Source: Candidatus Micrarchaeota archaeon
GTDB taxonomy: Archaea > Micrarchaeota > Micrarchaeia > Norongarragalinales > Norongarragalinaceae
Reading direction: 5' to 3'
NCBI GenBank assembly: GCA_016207165.1
Contig: JACQQD010000009.1
Location: forward strand, 64,001-128,000
DNA length: 64,000 nt
Each line of letters opens with the position of its first letter. Within the stretch, counting starts at the first letter, position 1. Positions 1 through 9,387 of this stretch are shown here, in pieces. The notes beneath the pieces are model-generated. The model was not told where the DNA came from and made no database searches. It was given only the letters and a program-made list of their open reading frames with translations. A program made the translations under genes and the position numbers.

Positions 1-385
1 AATCCGGTTTTTGTTCTTCAATGGCTTTCGCCGCGCGCTCGGCGTTGATGCCTTTCCCGTCTTGGATGTGGAGCGCTTGGGTGCCCTCCGGGTTGTAAAT
101 GCGGCAGGCCTGGTACAGCCGTTCCCCGAACTCGCCGTTGACCAAGCACAGTGTTTTGGTTTCAGGAACCAGGTTGGCCACGGCCGCTTCATTGGCCAGG
201 GTGCCTGAACCGGTGATGCAATACGCTTGGGCTGCGTCGGGGGCTTTGAAAACCTGTTCCAATTTTTGCGTGCAGTCCAAAAACGTGGCGCGAAAATCCG
301 GGGATCGGTGCGAGATCATGGGTTTCTGCATGCCTTCCAAAACAGAATCGTTGACGGGGACGGGTCCTGGGACAAACCATTTCAC
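1..385 (-). CDS. Class V PLP aminotransferase (alanine-glyoxylate/serine-pyruvate family), 3' end runs off the window
   Basis: Not in the ORF track; translated by hand from GTG at 385: MKWFVPGPVPVNDSVLEGMQKPMISHRSPDF...ITGSGTLANEAAVANL...LVNGEFGERL. GGTGGT RBS at 391-396. Confidence 0.85.
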   Translation of the reverse strand, partial: MKWFVPGPVPVNDSVLEGMQKPMISHRSPDFRATFLDCTQKLEQVFKAPDAAQAYCITGSGTLANEAAVANLVPETKTLCLVNGEFGERLYQACRIYNPEGTQALHIQDGKGINAERAAKAIEEQKPD

Positions 386-513
386 GAAAAACCACCTGGA
401 AACGTTTTGGGGGTATGGGTGGTTTCGAGGTATTTAAGCGTGCTCCACTTTTGGCCAATTGTTTAGGCATTTTTTCGATAGTTTTATTAGTTTTTGGAGT
501 GTTTACTTCATTG

Positions 514-966
514 ATGGAATTCAGGTTGGATGAAAAGGACCGGGCGATTTTGTCGGAATTGCGGCGGGACGGATCGCTTTCGGAGAAGAAGCTGGCCCAA
601 AAGACCGGCATTGCCATGACCACCGTTCACCACCGGTTGGTTCGTTTGAAGCGCGAGGGCGTCATCACGCAGTATACCGTTCGATTGAATTTCGCGAAAA
701 TCGGCCAGCCCATCACCGCGTACGTGTTGGTCAAGGCCGCGCCGCAGGCGGACCAAAAAAAATTGATGGAGTACTTGGCGAAGCTACCGAACATTTTCGA
801 GGTGGCCATGGTCACCGGGGAGTTTGATTTGTTGTGCAAGGCGCGCGTGTCGAGCATGGAGGCGCTGAATTCCTTGATCGTACGGCATTTGCGTAAGCAG
901 AAGGCCGTCAACGAAACGCGGACCATGATTTCGTATGAAACCGTCGAGCTTTCCGGCATGGGCTGA
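514..966 (+). CDS. Lrp/AsnC family transcriptional regulator
   Basis: LDEKDRAILSELRRDG...HTH...VTGEFDLLCK RAM domain. Start moved to ATG 514. Divergent from the aminotransferase. Confidence 0.9.
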   Translation: MEFRLDEKDRAILSELRRDGSLSEKKLAQKTGIAMTTVHHRLVRLKREGVITQYTVRLNFAKIGQPITAYVLVKAAPQADQKKLMEYLAKLPNIFEVAMVTGEFDLLCKARVSSMEALNSLIVRHLRKQKAVNETRTMISYETVELSGMG

Positions 967-974
967 ACGGTTCT

Positions 975-2528
975 TTACGTGAGCAGCGTTTGCCTGAAGT
1001 TTTCGGGGTCAACTGGTTCAAAGCGGGCGAAGAAGTGGTCAAACCCGTTGTTTTCGAAGTTTCCGGTGATGCGCACGCCGCTTGAAAGCTCTTTTCGGCG
1101 TTTGGAAAAGTCGGCGAAGCACGCGGCCGTGTACAGCATGTGCTCGGAGGCGTAGGTGAGGCGGGGGATGGCCAACCGCAGGAAATCGTTTTTGGCGGGG
1201 GCCAGGCGTTTTCCATTCCCATCTTTTTTGGCGTACATGACGTCGCCGATTTCGACGCCTCGGATGCCGTATTTGGCAAATAACGCGAGGCTGAGCGTCC
1301 AGCCGCGGTATTGGTCTTCCGGCACGCCGTCAAGGAATTCGCGGGCGTCCACGTACACGGCGTGGCCGCCGCAGGGGTGAACCAAGGGCACGCCGGCGGC
1401 ATGCAGCAGTCGGTGGAGGTACTGGACTTGGCCGACGCGCTGGCGGAGGTAGTCTTCTTGCGTGGTTTCGCGTAGTCCTTGGGCGGTGATTTCCAAGTCG
1501 CGTCCGGCCAGGCCTCCGTAGCTGATGAATCCGTCGCGCATGATGGTCAGGGTCTTGGCGTGGTAGGCGACTTTGTCGCCCGCGAAACCGTTGCGGATCA
1601 AGATCGCGCCGCCGATGTTGGCTTTCGCGTCTTTTTTGGCCGAAAACGTGGCGCCGTCGACGTAGGAGAACATGTCGCGGACGATGTCACGGATGGTTTT
1701 CTGGTTTTGTCCGGGTTCTTTTTGTTGGATGAAGTACGCGTTTTCGGCGAACCGGCACGCGTCGAAAAACAGGGGCACGTGGTTTGCGTCGCAGATTTGC
1801 CGCGTGGCCTGGATGTTCTCCAGGGAGACGGGTTGGCCGCCACTGGTGTTGTTGGTGATCGTCAGGAAAACCGCTCCCACGCCGCCTTGGGCGATGCGTT
1901 CTTTGAGGCGGTTTGGCTCCAAGTTGCCTTTGAAGGGTGCGTCGTGGTCCAGGGGTTTTTCGTAGGCTTCGCAGTACAAGTTTTCCGGGGCGTGGCCGGT
2001 GATGTTTGTAACCCAGCCGTGCGTGGTGTCAAAGGCGGTGTTGAACACGATTTTCTGGTTTTCCTTGACGATTCCGGCTTTTTTGAGCGCTTCCAAGAAC
2101 GTGCTTTCCGCGGACCGGCCTTGGTGCGCCGGAAGGATGGTGAACTCGTTTCCGCAGACTTCCTTAAAGGCGTTTTCAAATTCCAAAAAGCTCTTCGAGC
2201 CCGCGTACCATTCCGTGGCCTGCATCAAGGCGGCCCACTGCTTGTCGCTCATGCTTCCGGTTCCGGAATCCGTGAGAAAGTCCACGAGCACGCCCGTGTT
2301 TTCTCCGACGTGGAAAACGTTGTACCCCGCGTTCTTGAGTGCGTCCAAGCGTTGTTCGGTGCTCATGGCGGTTCCGGCCACGTGCTGGGTGGACTTGATT
2401 AAAAACGGCTGTGCTTCGGCTTGCGGCATGAGGGATTGAATGGCGTTCGTGGTTTCTTCCAGGCTTTGCGAACCGTTTTCAAGTTTTTCCAGTTCCAGTT
2501 GGATGATTTTTGAAAGGGCCTGGTTCAT
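975..2528 (-). CDS. tnaA: Tryptophanase-like beta-eliminating lyase
   Basis: DFLTDSGT, HQGRSAE, DACRFAENAYFI, SAKKD (PLP Lys), LRLAIPR. EIG and the C-terminal HF favour TnaA over tyrosine phenol-lyase. Confidence 0.8.
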   Translation of the reverse strand: MNQALSKIIQLELEKLENGSQSLEETTNAIQSLMPQAEAQPFLIKSTQHVAGTAMSTEQRLDALKNAGYNVFHVGENTGVLVDFLTDSGTGSMSDKQWAALMQATEWYAGSKSFLEFENAFKEVCGNEFTILPAHQGRSAESTFLEALKKAGIVKENQKIVFNTAFDTTHGWVTNITGHAPENLYCEAYEKPLDHDAPFKGNLEPNRLKERIAQGGVGAVFLTITNNTSGGQPVSLENIQATRQICDANHVPLFFDACRFAENAYFIQQKEPGQNQKTIRDIVRDMFSYVDGATFSAKKDAKANIGGAILIRNGFAGDKVAYHAKTLTIMRDGFISYGGLAGRDLEITAQGLRETTQEDYLRQRVGQVQYLHRLLHAAGVPLVHPCGGHAVYVDAREFLDGVPEDQYRGWTLSLALFAKYGIRGVEIGDVMYAKKDGNGKRLAPAKNDFLRLAIPRLTYASEHMLYTAACFADFSKRRKELSSGVRITGNFENNGFDHFFARFEPVDPENFRQTLLT

Positions 2529-2537
2529 GGTCTTTCC

Positions 2538-2897
2538 TCAATCGATGACGCCGCCGCCTTCCTCGTGCCGTACGATGAGTTGGAGTAAATTGTTGGCCAT
2601 GTCGAATCCTTGCGCTTTGCACGTCAAAACGCTCAGGGCAATTGGTTCCCCGCGTTTCTGGGCCAACGAAATCTGTTCGCTCGTTACATGATGGATTTCT
2701 TGGCGGCCAGGAACCAATACGTATATTGACTTAGGCAACTTGGTTTCGTGGGGCCGGCGCCGGATATCCCTCACGAACATGCCGTCTGATGGTTTGAAGC
2801 CGACGTTTGGCCCGTTGGTGGGCCTCCAATCTTCTGAAGGCGTCCAATTACGGAGTTTCGCGTGTTCGACAAGACGTTGAATGTTTTCGTTGATCAT
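2538..2897 (-). CDS. Hypothetical protein
   Basis: 119-aa ORF filling the gap directly upstream of tnaA; no recognised motif. Confidence 0.6.
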   Translation of the reverse strand: MINENIQRLVEHAKLRNWTPSEDWRPTNGPNVGFKPSDGMFVRDIRRRPHETKLPKSIYVLVPGRQEIHHVTSEQISLAQKRGEPIALSVLTCKAQGFDMANNLLQLIVRHEEGGGVID

Positions 2898-2929
2898 GGT
2901 GTCCTTGGGGTACTTTGGGCGCCCAGATA

Positions 2930-3811
2930 TTAAACCCTTGATTTGTTTTGTCCCTGCCGCGTCAACACGACGACTCCAAACCCGATGAGGGCGGCGCCGG
3001 CCAATTGAATGGCGGTCATGGATTCGCCGAGAAACGCCATGGCGATGAGGGCGGTGGAGATGCCGGCGGTGAAGTTGGCCAGCGAGGAAATCGAGGGGCC
3101 TTCCGCGTCAATGGCGCGGAACAAAAACAGGATGGCCAACGCGGTGGTTAGGCTTGAACCCACGACTTCCAGCCAAACCGGTTGCAGGGTGTGCAATTGG
3201 TTAGGCGCCAACACGACGACGAGGCCCAGCACGAACAAGGCGCTGAAGAAAAAACGGGCGTAGCTGACGGAGTCCGGCTTCGTGTGGTCCATGATTTTCT
3301 TGCTGTACGCGTTGTTGAACGCCAGACACAAAACGGCTCCGAACACCGAAGCGTCTCCGATGTTGACAGTGGAAAAGTCTTGCCGGAAGGCAAGCAATGC
3401 CGCGCCGGCGGTCATGACAACCAAAATGGCGTAGAAATGCTTGGGCAGGGATTCCTTGACGAGGGCTTTGGAGAACACGACGGTGAACACCGGAATGAGG
3501 GCCAACAGAAAGCCGAGGTTGGTGGCGGTGGTGTGGACGAGGCCGAACATGATGAACAAGTACCCCAAACCCGATGACGTGATGCCGTTGACGGCCAATT
3601 CTTTGGGGTATTTTCGGATGGCGTCCACGGTTTTTTGGTTGAGGAAGAACGGCGTTAACGCCAAAACGGCGACGAGGTTGCTGGCCAAAGCAAACCAGTA
3701 AATGTTGGCTCCGGCGTCCACCGCGATCTTGGTCAGGATGACGGAGGCGCCGGTCAGTATGGAGAACGCGGCGAGGTTTTTCACGGCGTCGGGTTTCATG
3801 GAAGCGTTCAC
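2930..3811 (-). CDS. DMT/EamA family transporter
   Basis: About 10 hydrophobic segments in two repeats; C-terminal FLGE...QLAGAALI motif. Confidence 0.9.
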   Translation of the reverse strand: MNASMKPDAVKNLAAFSILTGASVILTKIAVDAGANIYWFALASNLVAVLALTPFFLNQKTVDAIRKYPKELAVNGITSSGLGYLFIMFGLVHTTATNLGFLLALIPVFTVVFSKALVKESLPKHFYAILVVMTAGAALLAFRQDFSTVNIGDASVFGAVLCLAFNNAYSKKIMDHTKPDSVSYARFFFSALFVLGLVVVLAPNQLHTLQPVWLEVVGSSLTTALAILFLFRAIDAEGPSISSLANFTAGISTALIAMAFLGESMTAIQLAGAALIGFGVVVLTRQGQNKSRV

Positions 3812-3864
3812 GGCAAACCGGCTTTTATAGGCGTTTGGGCAATAGCTTGTCCGAGTGATTTTTT

Positions 3865-4419
3865 GTGTCTTTAGAAAAAACCATTGCGCGCATTGACGGG
3901 GAATTGTCGGAAAAGGAAAAGCGCCAGGACGTCGTTTTGGCGGATTCGCGGGTCGTGATTCGAAACTGCGCGAAAGCGATCCGGCACCTTCATACGGGCG
4001 ACATGGCGGAGGCCAAGAAAGTCGTCAAGGCGTTGGACGCCGACGTGGCGGCTTTGAAAAAAGTGGCCCAGGACTTTGAGCACATTGCTTCCAGCGCGTA
4101 CCAGGAGTACGTGGAAATCAAGTGCCTGCTTTCGTTGTTGGAGAAAAAAGAGCTTCCGACTCCTGGTGACCTCAAGGTGGATGACCAGAGTTATTTGGCG
4201 GGGTTGGCGGACTGCGTGGGAGAGCTTCGGCGGTCGCTTCAATTGGCGCTGAAGGCCGGAAAGAAAAAAGACGCGGATTACTTGTTTGGAAAAATGAATT
4301 ACATTTACGACCATTTGATGTTGCTGAAGTACTCCAGTTCCCTGGTGGGGCCCTTGAAGCGGAAGCAGGACATGATTCGAAGCCAAGTCGAACAAGCGCG
4401 AAGCGAGCTCTTGCGATAG
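3865..4419 (+). CDS. Translin family (archaeal C3PO-like) RNase
   Basis: QEYVE and YLAGLADCVGELRR motifs, LKRKQD near the C-terminus, all-helical. Confidence 0.85.
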   Translation: MSLEKTIARIDGELSEKEKRQDVVLADSRVVIRNCAKAIRHLHTGDMAEAKKVVKALDADVAALKKVAQDFEHIASSAYQEYVEIKCLLSLLEKKELPTPGDLKVDDQSYLAGLADCVGELRRSLQLALKAGKKKDADYLFGKMNYIYDHLMLLKYSSSLVGPLKRKQDMIRSQVEQARSELLR

Positions 4420-4548
4420 GAATTTGATTCGCGCGCAAGTCGGGGGTTCGGGGAAGCGTAGGACTATAGGGGGCGGAGCCCCCTGTGGTCCGGCAACGAC
4501 ATGATTCGAAGCCAAGTCGAACAAGCGCGAAGCGAGCTTTTGCGTTAG
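4369..4548 (+). repeat. 51-bp direct repeat of the translin gene 3' end (4369-4419 / 4498-4548) around a 78-bp hairpin-containing insert
   Basis: 49/51 identical; hairpin at 4461-4491. Confidence 0.95.
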
Positions 4549-4557
4549 TTGCCGCGT

Positions 4558-4764
4558 TTACTCTTGGTTGAACGTTTTTTCGTCCGGCGTTTCCGTGTTG
4601 GACTGAATTTGATTGGCTGGTTTCACGGTTTTTTCTTGTTTCGCGTCTTCGCTTTGGTTTTCGTCGTGCCCGACTTCGGCCTGGAATTGGATGGTGGAGT
4701 AGATGCCGACGATTAGAAGTCCGATTAAAATGATGACGCCGGCGGTGGCCAGGTTCAGTTTCAT
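4558..4764 (-). CDS. Small membrane-anchored protein
   Basis: N-terminal hydrophobic helix followed by a polar tail; 68 aa. Confidence 0.65.
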   Translation of the reverse strand: MKLNLATAGVIILIGLLIVGIYSTIQFQAEVGHDENQSEDAKQEKTVKPANQIQSNTETPDEKTFNQE

Positions 4765-4806
4765 GAATAAAACGCACCTCTGGTTTTCATAGCTTTTTTT
4801 GGGGTT

Positions 4807-5409
4807 TTATGGTTTTCGGGCCTCGAACACGACGAGGTGCTCGAAGAAGAAATCCGCTTTTGCGACTTCTTGTACGGTCAAGCCTTTTTTTTCCAGGGCT
4901 TTTTGCGTGATTTCGTTGCCGGATTGGCCGTCGGTCGCCGAAACGGAGCTGTTCAGGATGTATGCCGCACCGTCTTGGGCCAAGTGCTTGTCGAATTGGT
5001 CCAAAAAGGGATTGATCAGGCGGCGTCCGTCCGCTCCGCCGTCCAATGCTTTGTTGAGGGGTTCCCCAAGTTTCTCCGCTTCAGCGGTGGGTAAGTACGG
5101 AGGATTGAAGAACAGGGTTTCAAAGTTGCCGCGGATGTTGGAGAACAGGTCGGTCAACACGGTCTCAAAGGGCTGGTGTAACTGGTTTTGCGCCACGTTT
5201 TTTTTCACGGCTTCCAGCGCCAACGGGTTTTGGTCGGCGAAGGTGACGCGAATGATGGGGCGCGTCATGGCGTAAAGGCCCACGATGCCGCTGCCGCAGC
5301 ACATGTCCAGCACCCGGCCTTGGGCGTTTTTAGCGGCGGTTTCGGCCAACAAGTGCGAGTCTTCTCGGGGCGCGTAGACGTGGGGTGGCGTGTGGATGGT
5401 GAGGGGCAT
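4807..5409 (-). CDS. HemK2/Mtq2-type N5-glutamine methyltransferase
   Basis: VYAPREDS, VLDMCCGSG, FNPPY and ALDGGADG motifs. Confidence 0.88.
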   Translation of the reverse strand: MPLTIHTPPHVYAPREDSHLLAETAAKNAQGRVLDMCCGSGIVGLYAMTRPIIRVTFADQNPLALEAVKKNVAQNQLHQPFETVLTDLFSNIRGNFETLFFNPPYLPTAEAEKLGEPLNKALDGGADGRRLINPFLDQFDKHLAQDGAAYILNSSVSATDGQSGNEITQKALEKKGLTVQEVAKADFFFEHLVVFEARKP

Positions 5410-5429
5410 GACGCGGGATATCCCTGTTT

Positions 5430-7496
5430 TTAGGTGCGTTGTTGGCGGGCGACTTCGTCGAGGTGCTCTTTTCGGAGCATGAAGGCTACGGCCACCAGGA
5501 CCAGCATGAGGATGATGACGGCGATCAAGAGCCCGCTGAGGCTGAACAGCCGGCTCTCGGCGTTCAGCGGCACTTGGACGGTTTGGCTTTGCACGCCTTC
5601 CTGGGATTGGGCTTGGACCGTCAGCGGGGCGGCGGCCAGGGCCGTGAACGTCACGGTTTGCTGTTCGCCGGGTTCAAGCTGTGAAATGGTTTGGATGCTT
5701 CCGCCGGAGTTCACGTTGACTTGGTTTAACGTCTTCAATCCGTTGTTGTAGACCACGACGGTGTACGTCACGTCGTTTCCGTTGCGGTTGACGGTGGTGA
5801 CGGCCACGTCCAAGTGGGAGGGGGCTTCGCGGATTTGAAGCACGGTGGCGATTCTCGTTTTTTCGCCTTCATCGCTTTCCGCCGTGATTTGGATTTGGCG
5901 TTGCTGGGTGGACTGGTCTACGGGTATGTTGAAGGCGATGTCAAATGGCGCGGTTTTGCCGGGCACGATGTGCTTTTGTTCCGCGGATTGCGTCACCCAA
6001 TTTTCCGGCAATCCGTCCACGCGGACGCGGACGTTCGTCTGGGTTTTGGCGTGGGCGTTGGTCACGGCCACGCGTTCCGGTTCCGTAATGCCTGCGTAGA
6101 CGTCGTATACTTCGGGTTTGATTTCCAAAAAGCTTTTGCCGGGTTGCAGGCTCGAGGAAACGACCATGTACGCGTTCAAGGATTTTCTCACGCGGCCGTC
6201 GCTGACGGTGACGTCCAATTTGTGTTCGCCCAGTTGCGCTTGTTTGGTGCTGCCCACGGCAAGGGTGACGGCCTTGATTTGGCTGGGCGAGAGGGTGAAC
6301 GAGGGGGCGTCGACGCGGAAGTCAAATTCGGCGGGAGGATTGGCGGTCACGGTGTACGTGCGCGCGATGGTGCCGGTGTTTCGGACCGTGAACGCGATTG
6401 GGCTTTGCTCGCCGCGCGTGATGGGGTAGGATTCGTTGGCAAACACGGTGAAGTCGCGTTGCGCGTCCACGACGAAGCACAGGGGTTGCTCGAAAACGAC
6501 GTAATCCTGGTAGCGGCCGCGGAGAATCACGTGGTACTCGTCTAGCACCGTGGTGGACGGCGGATTGAGGATCCATTTGAGTTCTTGGTAGTCGCCGGGC
6601 GCGATGTCCAGGGCTTGGGTGTCCAAGTGCGACGCGTCGCGGGAGTACTGGTTGCCGACGAGTTCGAATTCAAAGGGGCCTTGGACTTCCCCGTCGTTGC
6701 GCAACCGGAACGTGTGCGTGGTTTCTTGTTCGTGTTTGACCAGTAGGCAACTGGAAGGCGTGTCCTGGAGTTGGAGTTTTAAAAGGTCGGAAAAGACGAA
6801 GACTTGGCGTTTGACCAAAAACGAGTGTTCGCAGCAACCCGAACCGTCAAACGCGTTGATGACGAACAACACTTCGTACGTGTTTCGGGGGGTGCCAGCC
6901 GGAATGTTGACTTTGGCTGTCACCGTTTTTTCGCCTTGCGCGGGAACATCGATGTCCACGTAGTCAAAGTCCGTGGACTTTTCCAGGGGGCTGATGACTT
7001 TGAGGCGGGCAAATCCGCGTTCGTTTTGGTGGTTGCGGATGGAGACTTCAAAGGAAACGGTTTGTCCGGGTCTGGCCGACGAGTTGCCTTCGGGAAACAC
7101 GCGGACGCCAAACGCCTTGGTTTCCAGCGGGTCGGCGGTCCGCACGTCGAGGCTGAAATTCAGGACGTCGCAGGCCACGCTGTCGGACGTCACGGTCACG
7201 GGGATGGAGTGGTTGCCGGTCTTGTCGGCGTCTACAACCAGAGTCAGGGTCCGGGTTTCCGATGGCGTGAGAACGGCTTGCGAGGAGGGCTGGAATGTGC
7301 AGGTGAGGCCTTGCGGACAGGTGCCGGACAATTGAACGAGTTGGGGCTGGAGGCCTTCGTTGAAAAGCGTAATGGGGTACGCGGCTTGGAGTCCTTGCGT
7401 GGTTTGCGCCGAAAGCGTGGTGGACACGTCTAAAAAGTTGCACGACGCCGATACGAGCGGCAAAAGCAATAGCACCAGCCAGTAGCGGGCGTACAT
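5430..7496 (-). CDS. Surface protein with tandem Ig-like (NEW3/CARDB-like) domains and a C-terminal TM anchor
   Basis: Signal peptide, repeated 'vrNxG' beta-sandwich motifs, C-terminal TM helix. Start set at ATG 7496 from the TTTAAA box near 7519-7524. Confidence 0.75.
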   Translation of the reverse strand: MYARYWLVLLLLPLVSASCNFLDVSTTLSAQTTQGLQAAYPITLFNEGLQPQLVQLSGTCPQGLTCTFQPSSQAVLTPSETRTLTLVVDADKTGNHSIPVTVTSDSVACDVLNFSLDVRTADPLETKAFGVRVFPEGNSSARPGQTVSFEVSIRNHQNERGFARLKVISPLEKSTDFDYVDIDVPAQGEKTVTAKVNIPAGTPRNTYEVLFVINAFDGSGCCEHSFLVKRQVFVFSDLLKLQLQDTPSSCLLVKHEQETTHTFRLRNDGEVQGPFEFELVGNQYSRDASHLDTQALDIAPGDYQELKWILNPPSTTVLDEYHVILRGRYQDYVVFEQPLCFVVDAQRDFTVFANESYPITRGEQSPIAFTVRNTGTIARTYTVTANPPAEFDFRVDAPSFTLSPSQIKAVTLAVGSTKQAQLGEHKLDVTVSDGRVRKSLNAYMVVSSSLQPGKSFLEIKPEVYDVYAGITEPERVAVTNAHAKTQTNVRVRVDGLPENWVTQSAEQKHIVPGKTAPFDIAFNIPVDQSTQQRQIQITAESDEGEKTRIATVLQIREAPSHLDVAVTTVNRNGNDVTYTVVVYNNGLKTLNQVNVNSGGSIQTISQLEPGEQQTVTFTALAAAPLTVQAQSQEGVQSQTVQVPLNAESRLFSLSGLLIAVIILMLVLVAVAFMLRKEHLDEVARQQRT

Positions 7497-7614
7497 GGAT
7501 TCCATGTGCTTTTTTGGCTTTAAATAGACCACTGAATCGGGGTTGCATTTGAGCTGAAAAACGCGGGAACGGGGGGAATATGGGGGTGTGTGTCGCGTTG
7601 GCCCCAATCGGCTG

Positions 7615-8742
7615 TTACTTGTTGGCGGGCCAGCGTCCGCGCACTTCCATGGCCGCCTGAACGCGTTCTTGCGCGATTTGAAGCGCGATGGCTCGCGAGT
7701 ACTTCTTTTCGTCTCGGCGGCGTTGGAGCACCGTTTTGGTGTTGGTCGTGATCTTGCGTTTGACGACGTCGAACATTTGTTCGGGAGTCATGTGTTCCGT
7801 TTCGCACCAGGATGAGATCACGCCGCCGGCGTTGGCCAGAAAGTCAGGCAAGACGATGAGGCCTTTCTTTTCGAGTTCCTCCTCGATTTTGGGGGCGATG
7901 GGCAGGTTGGCGCCCTGCGAGATGACTTTGGCTTTGACTTTGGCTTTGTTGGCGTCGGTAACCACGTCGGGCCGAGCTCCGGGCACCAAGACGTCGCATT
8001 GGACTTCGAACAAGGCTTTGGCGTCCAATTTTTGGCCGTCTTTGTAGTTCGTGACTTTCCCGGTTTCCATCTTGACTTTTTCAAGTTGGTCCACGTCCAA
8101 TCCTTTGGGGTTGTATATGGTGCCGGACGAGTCGGAAACCGCCACGGTCTTGACGCCGTGGTCGCGGAAGAATCGAGCCGTAAACACGCCGACGTTGCCG
8201 AATCCTTCAATGGCGCAGGTGGCGCCTTGCGGCTGCATTTTCAATTCGTCCATGGCGCAAAGTGCGGAGTGCACTACGCCAAAACCGGTGGAACCCAGTT
8301 CGTGGGGCAGTCCTTGGATGGCGGAGGGTTTTCCGGTGACTACGCGGTAGTCTCCTGCTTCATCCATCATCCACGCCATCTCTTTTTCCGTGACGTTCAT
8401 GTCTGGTCCGCCGATGTAGACGTCGGGCAGTACGATTCTGAGTTTTTCCATGAAGGCGCGCATGAAGGCTTGCTTGTCGACTTTTTTTGGGTCTGCTTTG
8501 ATGCCGGATTTGCCGCCGCCAAATGGAATGTCGGCCAACGCGTTTTTCCACGTCATGGCTCTGGCCAATCGGCAGACTTCTTGCGTGGAAATGTCGGGGA
8601 CCATGCGGATGCCGCCTTTGGCGACTCCGCGGGCCGTGTTGTCGATGCAGGCCACGCCTTCCATGCCGGTTTTGGGGTCGTAGACGTTGATGACGTATTC
8701 AGGGCCCCATTGATCGGGCGTGATTTCGGGGGTAGACAACAT
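7615..8742 (-). CDS. gdhA: Glutamate dehydrogenase (Glu/Leu/Phe/Val family)
   Basis: KGGIR, MTWKNA, GGGKSG, GFGNVG, PDFLANAGGV. GAGGTG RBS before ATG 8742. Confidence 0.85.
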   Translation of the reverse strand: MLSTPEITPDQWGPEYVINVYDPKTGMEGVACIDNTARGVAKGGIRMVPDISTQEVCRLARAMTWKNALADIPFGGGKSGIKADPKKVDKQAFMRAFMEKLRIVLPDVYIGGPDMNVTEKEMAWMMDEAGDYRVVTGKPSAIQGLPHELGSTGFGVVHSALCAMDELKMQPQGATCAIEGFGNVGVFTARFFRDHGVKTVAVSDSSGTIYNPKGLDVDQLEKVKMETGKVTNYKDGQKLDAKALFEVQCDVLVPGARPDVVTDANKAKVKAKVISQGANLPIAPKIEEELEKKGLIVLPDFLANAGGVISSWCETEHMTPEQMFDVVKRKITTNTKTVLQRRRDEKKYSRAIALQIAQERVQAAMEVRGRWPANK

Positions 8743-8906
8743 GGCGTTTCGGCACCTCAAATGCTTTTTTTTTGTTTTTGTTGGCTGCTTCGCATTAAAA
8801 GAGTTGGGTTGATTTTCTTTCTTCCCTTTCTTCGTGCGGCGCTTACCGCTTTATCGGGAAAACTTATTTAAGGATTGATTTGTTCGACAATGCGCGTTGG
8901 CGCTGC

Positions 8907-9377
8907 TTACCTCCGGTGTCGTTCGATGAATTCGGGGTTGAGCGCCAGGGGTTCCCGGGCTCTTGATTGCAATAGGATGTCTTGCTGTTTGAGCGGGTGC
9001 ACCCAGTTTCTCCGGAATGAGTCGTAGCCTGTGGGGGCCAGTTCGCCCATTTGTTCACCCACGGCGTCTTGCAGTTCAGTAAGCGTGAATTGCCGCTCGT
9101 GTTCGCCGCGTGCCATGGCATGCATTCTCTGAAGCAGAAGCGTCAAAGCGATTTTGGCGCGGACTTCTTTTTCATGGAGTTCCTCGAGGATTCGCGGTTG
9201 AACTCCTGGAATGCGGTGGTCCCACTCCGCAAGAAGTGCGCCGAGATGAGGGATGAGCCGTTGGGTCCGTTCATCCATTTTTGGCTTGGCGGATTTTTTC
9301 CCGGCTTGAAGTCCTCCCAAGTTGGTCGTCTCGCGGTTTCGGACCGTTCGCCTGTAATTGGGTCCTCGCGTGGCCAT
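8907..9377 (-). CDS. Hypothetical protein, possible C-terminal winged helix
   Basis: 156-aa ORF starting 10 nt after the glyA stop, same strand. Confidence 0.6.
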   Translation of the reverse strand: MATRGPNYRRTVRNRETTNLGGLQAGKKSAKPKMDERTQRLIPHLGALLAEWDHRIPGVQPRILEELHEKEVRAKIALTLLLQRMHAMARGEHERQFTLTELQDAVGEQMGELAPTGYDSFRRNWVHPLKQQDILLQSRAREPLALNPEFIERHRR

Positions 9378-9387
9378 ATGCTTGTTT

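Noticed and set aside
4417-4548. Amber readthrough from translin into the in-frame second copy
   Set aside because: A second in-frame TAG lies at 4459-4461, and there are no pyrrolysine genes in view.
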